From contig LDXK01000001.1 of the NCBI GenBank assembly GCA_001443395.1, positions 223,278-249,311 on the forward strand: a stretch of 26,034 nt of DNA. Direction: 5' to 3'. The DNA comes from a candidate division WWE3 bacterium CSP1-7. GTDB taxonomy: Bacteria > Patescibacteriota > WWE3 > 9FT-COMBO-53-11. Of the stretch, positions 25,754 to 26,034 are shown in pieces. Positions within the stretch are counted from its first letter, which is position 1. Each line of letters starts with the position of its first letter. The position numbers and the translations under genes were made by a program. The notes below the pieces were generated by a model that was given only the letters and a program-made list of their open reading frames with translations, was not told where the DNA came from and made no database searches.

Positions 25754-26034
25754 CTAGGGTTTAAAACCAATTGTGGACAGGACGGTGCTTACGATTACCG
25801 AAGAGAGTAGAACGATAAAGAGACCAAGTACAGCGTAAGTGAGAGTGGATTTGGCAGTGGTTAGTGCTTTTTCATCTCCGCCGGATATCATATATTGCAG
25901 ACCCCCGACAACAAACATAACCAGGGAGACCGCTCCTACGATTATCAAAAGATAATTGATTAACTTCCCGACGATGCAGAATATTCCAGTGATTTCTTCG
26001 GTGGAACAGGTTTCACCGAATGTCACTCCAAGAT
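25754..26034 (-). CDS. TrbC/VirB2-like T4SS pilin, 5'-truncated by the window edge
   Basis: INYLL.IVG.VS..M.VVGG.QYM.SGGD......AK.TLTYAV.GL two-helix pilin pattern; the frame stays open to the window end. Confidence 0.8.
   Translation of the reverse strand, partial: LGVTFGETCSTEEITGIFCIVGKLINYLLIIVGAVSLVMFVVGGLQYMISGGDEKALTTAKSTLTYAVLGLFIVLLSSVIVSTVLSTIGFKP

Overview
Chromosomal origin region of a small-genome bacterium. Gene content and style (short ValRS, short YidC and Jag, VirB2-like pilin, PrgI plus split VirB4, few Shine-Dalgarno sites) point to Patescibacteria/CPR, possibly Microgenomates/WWE3-like; this is an inference. Left arm (minus strand): partial TauE/SafE-family transporter, valS, BpsA-like protein, Pro-rich solute-binding protein, O-antigen-ligase-like protein and dnaA. 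Then rpmH-rnpA-yidD-yidC-jag-dnaN on the plus strand, converging on a DciA-like gene that ends a T4SS-like operon (PrgI, VirB4-associated protein, VirB4). Further right are a VirB6-like gene, two paralogous M23 peptidase + membrane partner pairs arranged tail-to-tail, and a partial pilin gene. Three unrelated plus-strand genes are interleaved in this locus, each with a related promoter/leader module and its own terminator. Main findings: (1) helically phased DnaA boxes and an AT-rich repeat lie inside the O-antigen-ligase ORF, a candidate intragenic oriC; (2) the mirrored M23/partner pairs have unrelated N-termini; (3) the cassette-like genes share a promoter module; (4) a G-rich/C-rich heptamer array sits directly upstream of the T4SS operon. 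All product calls come from motif recognition by eye; no database search was run.
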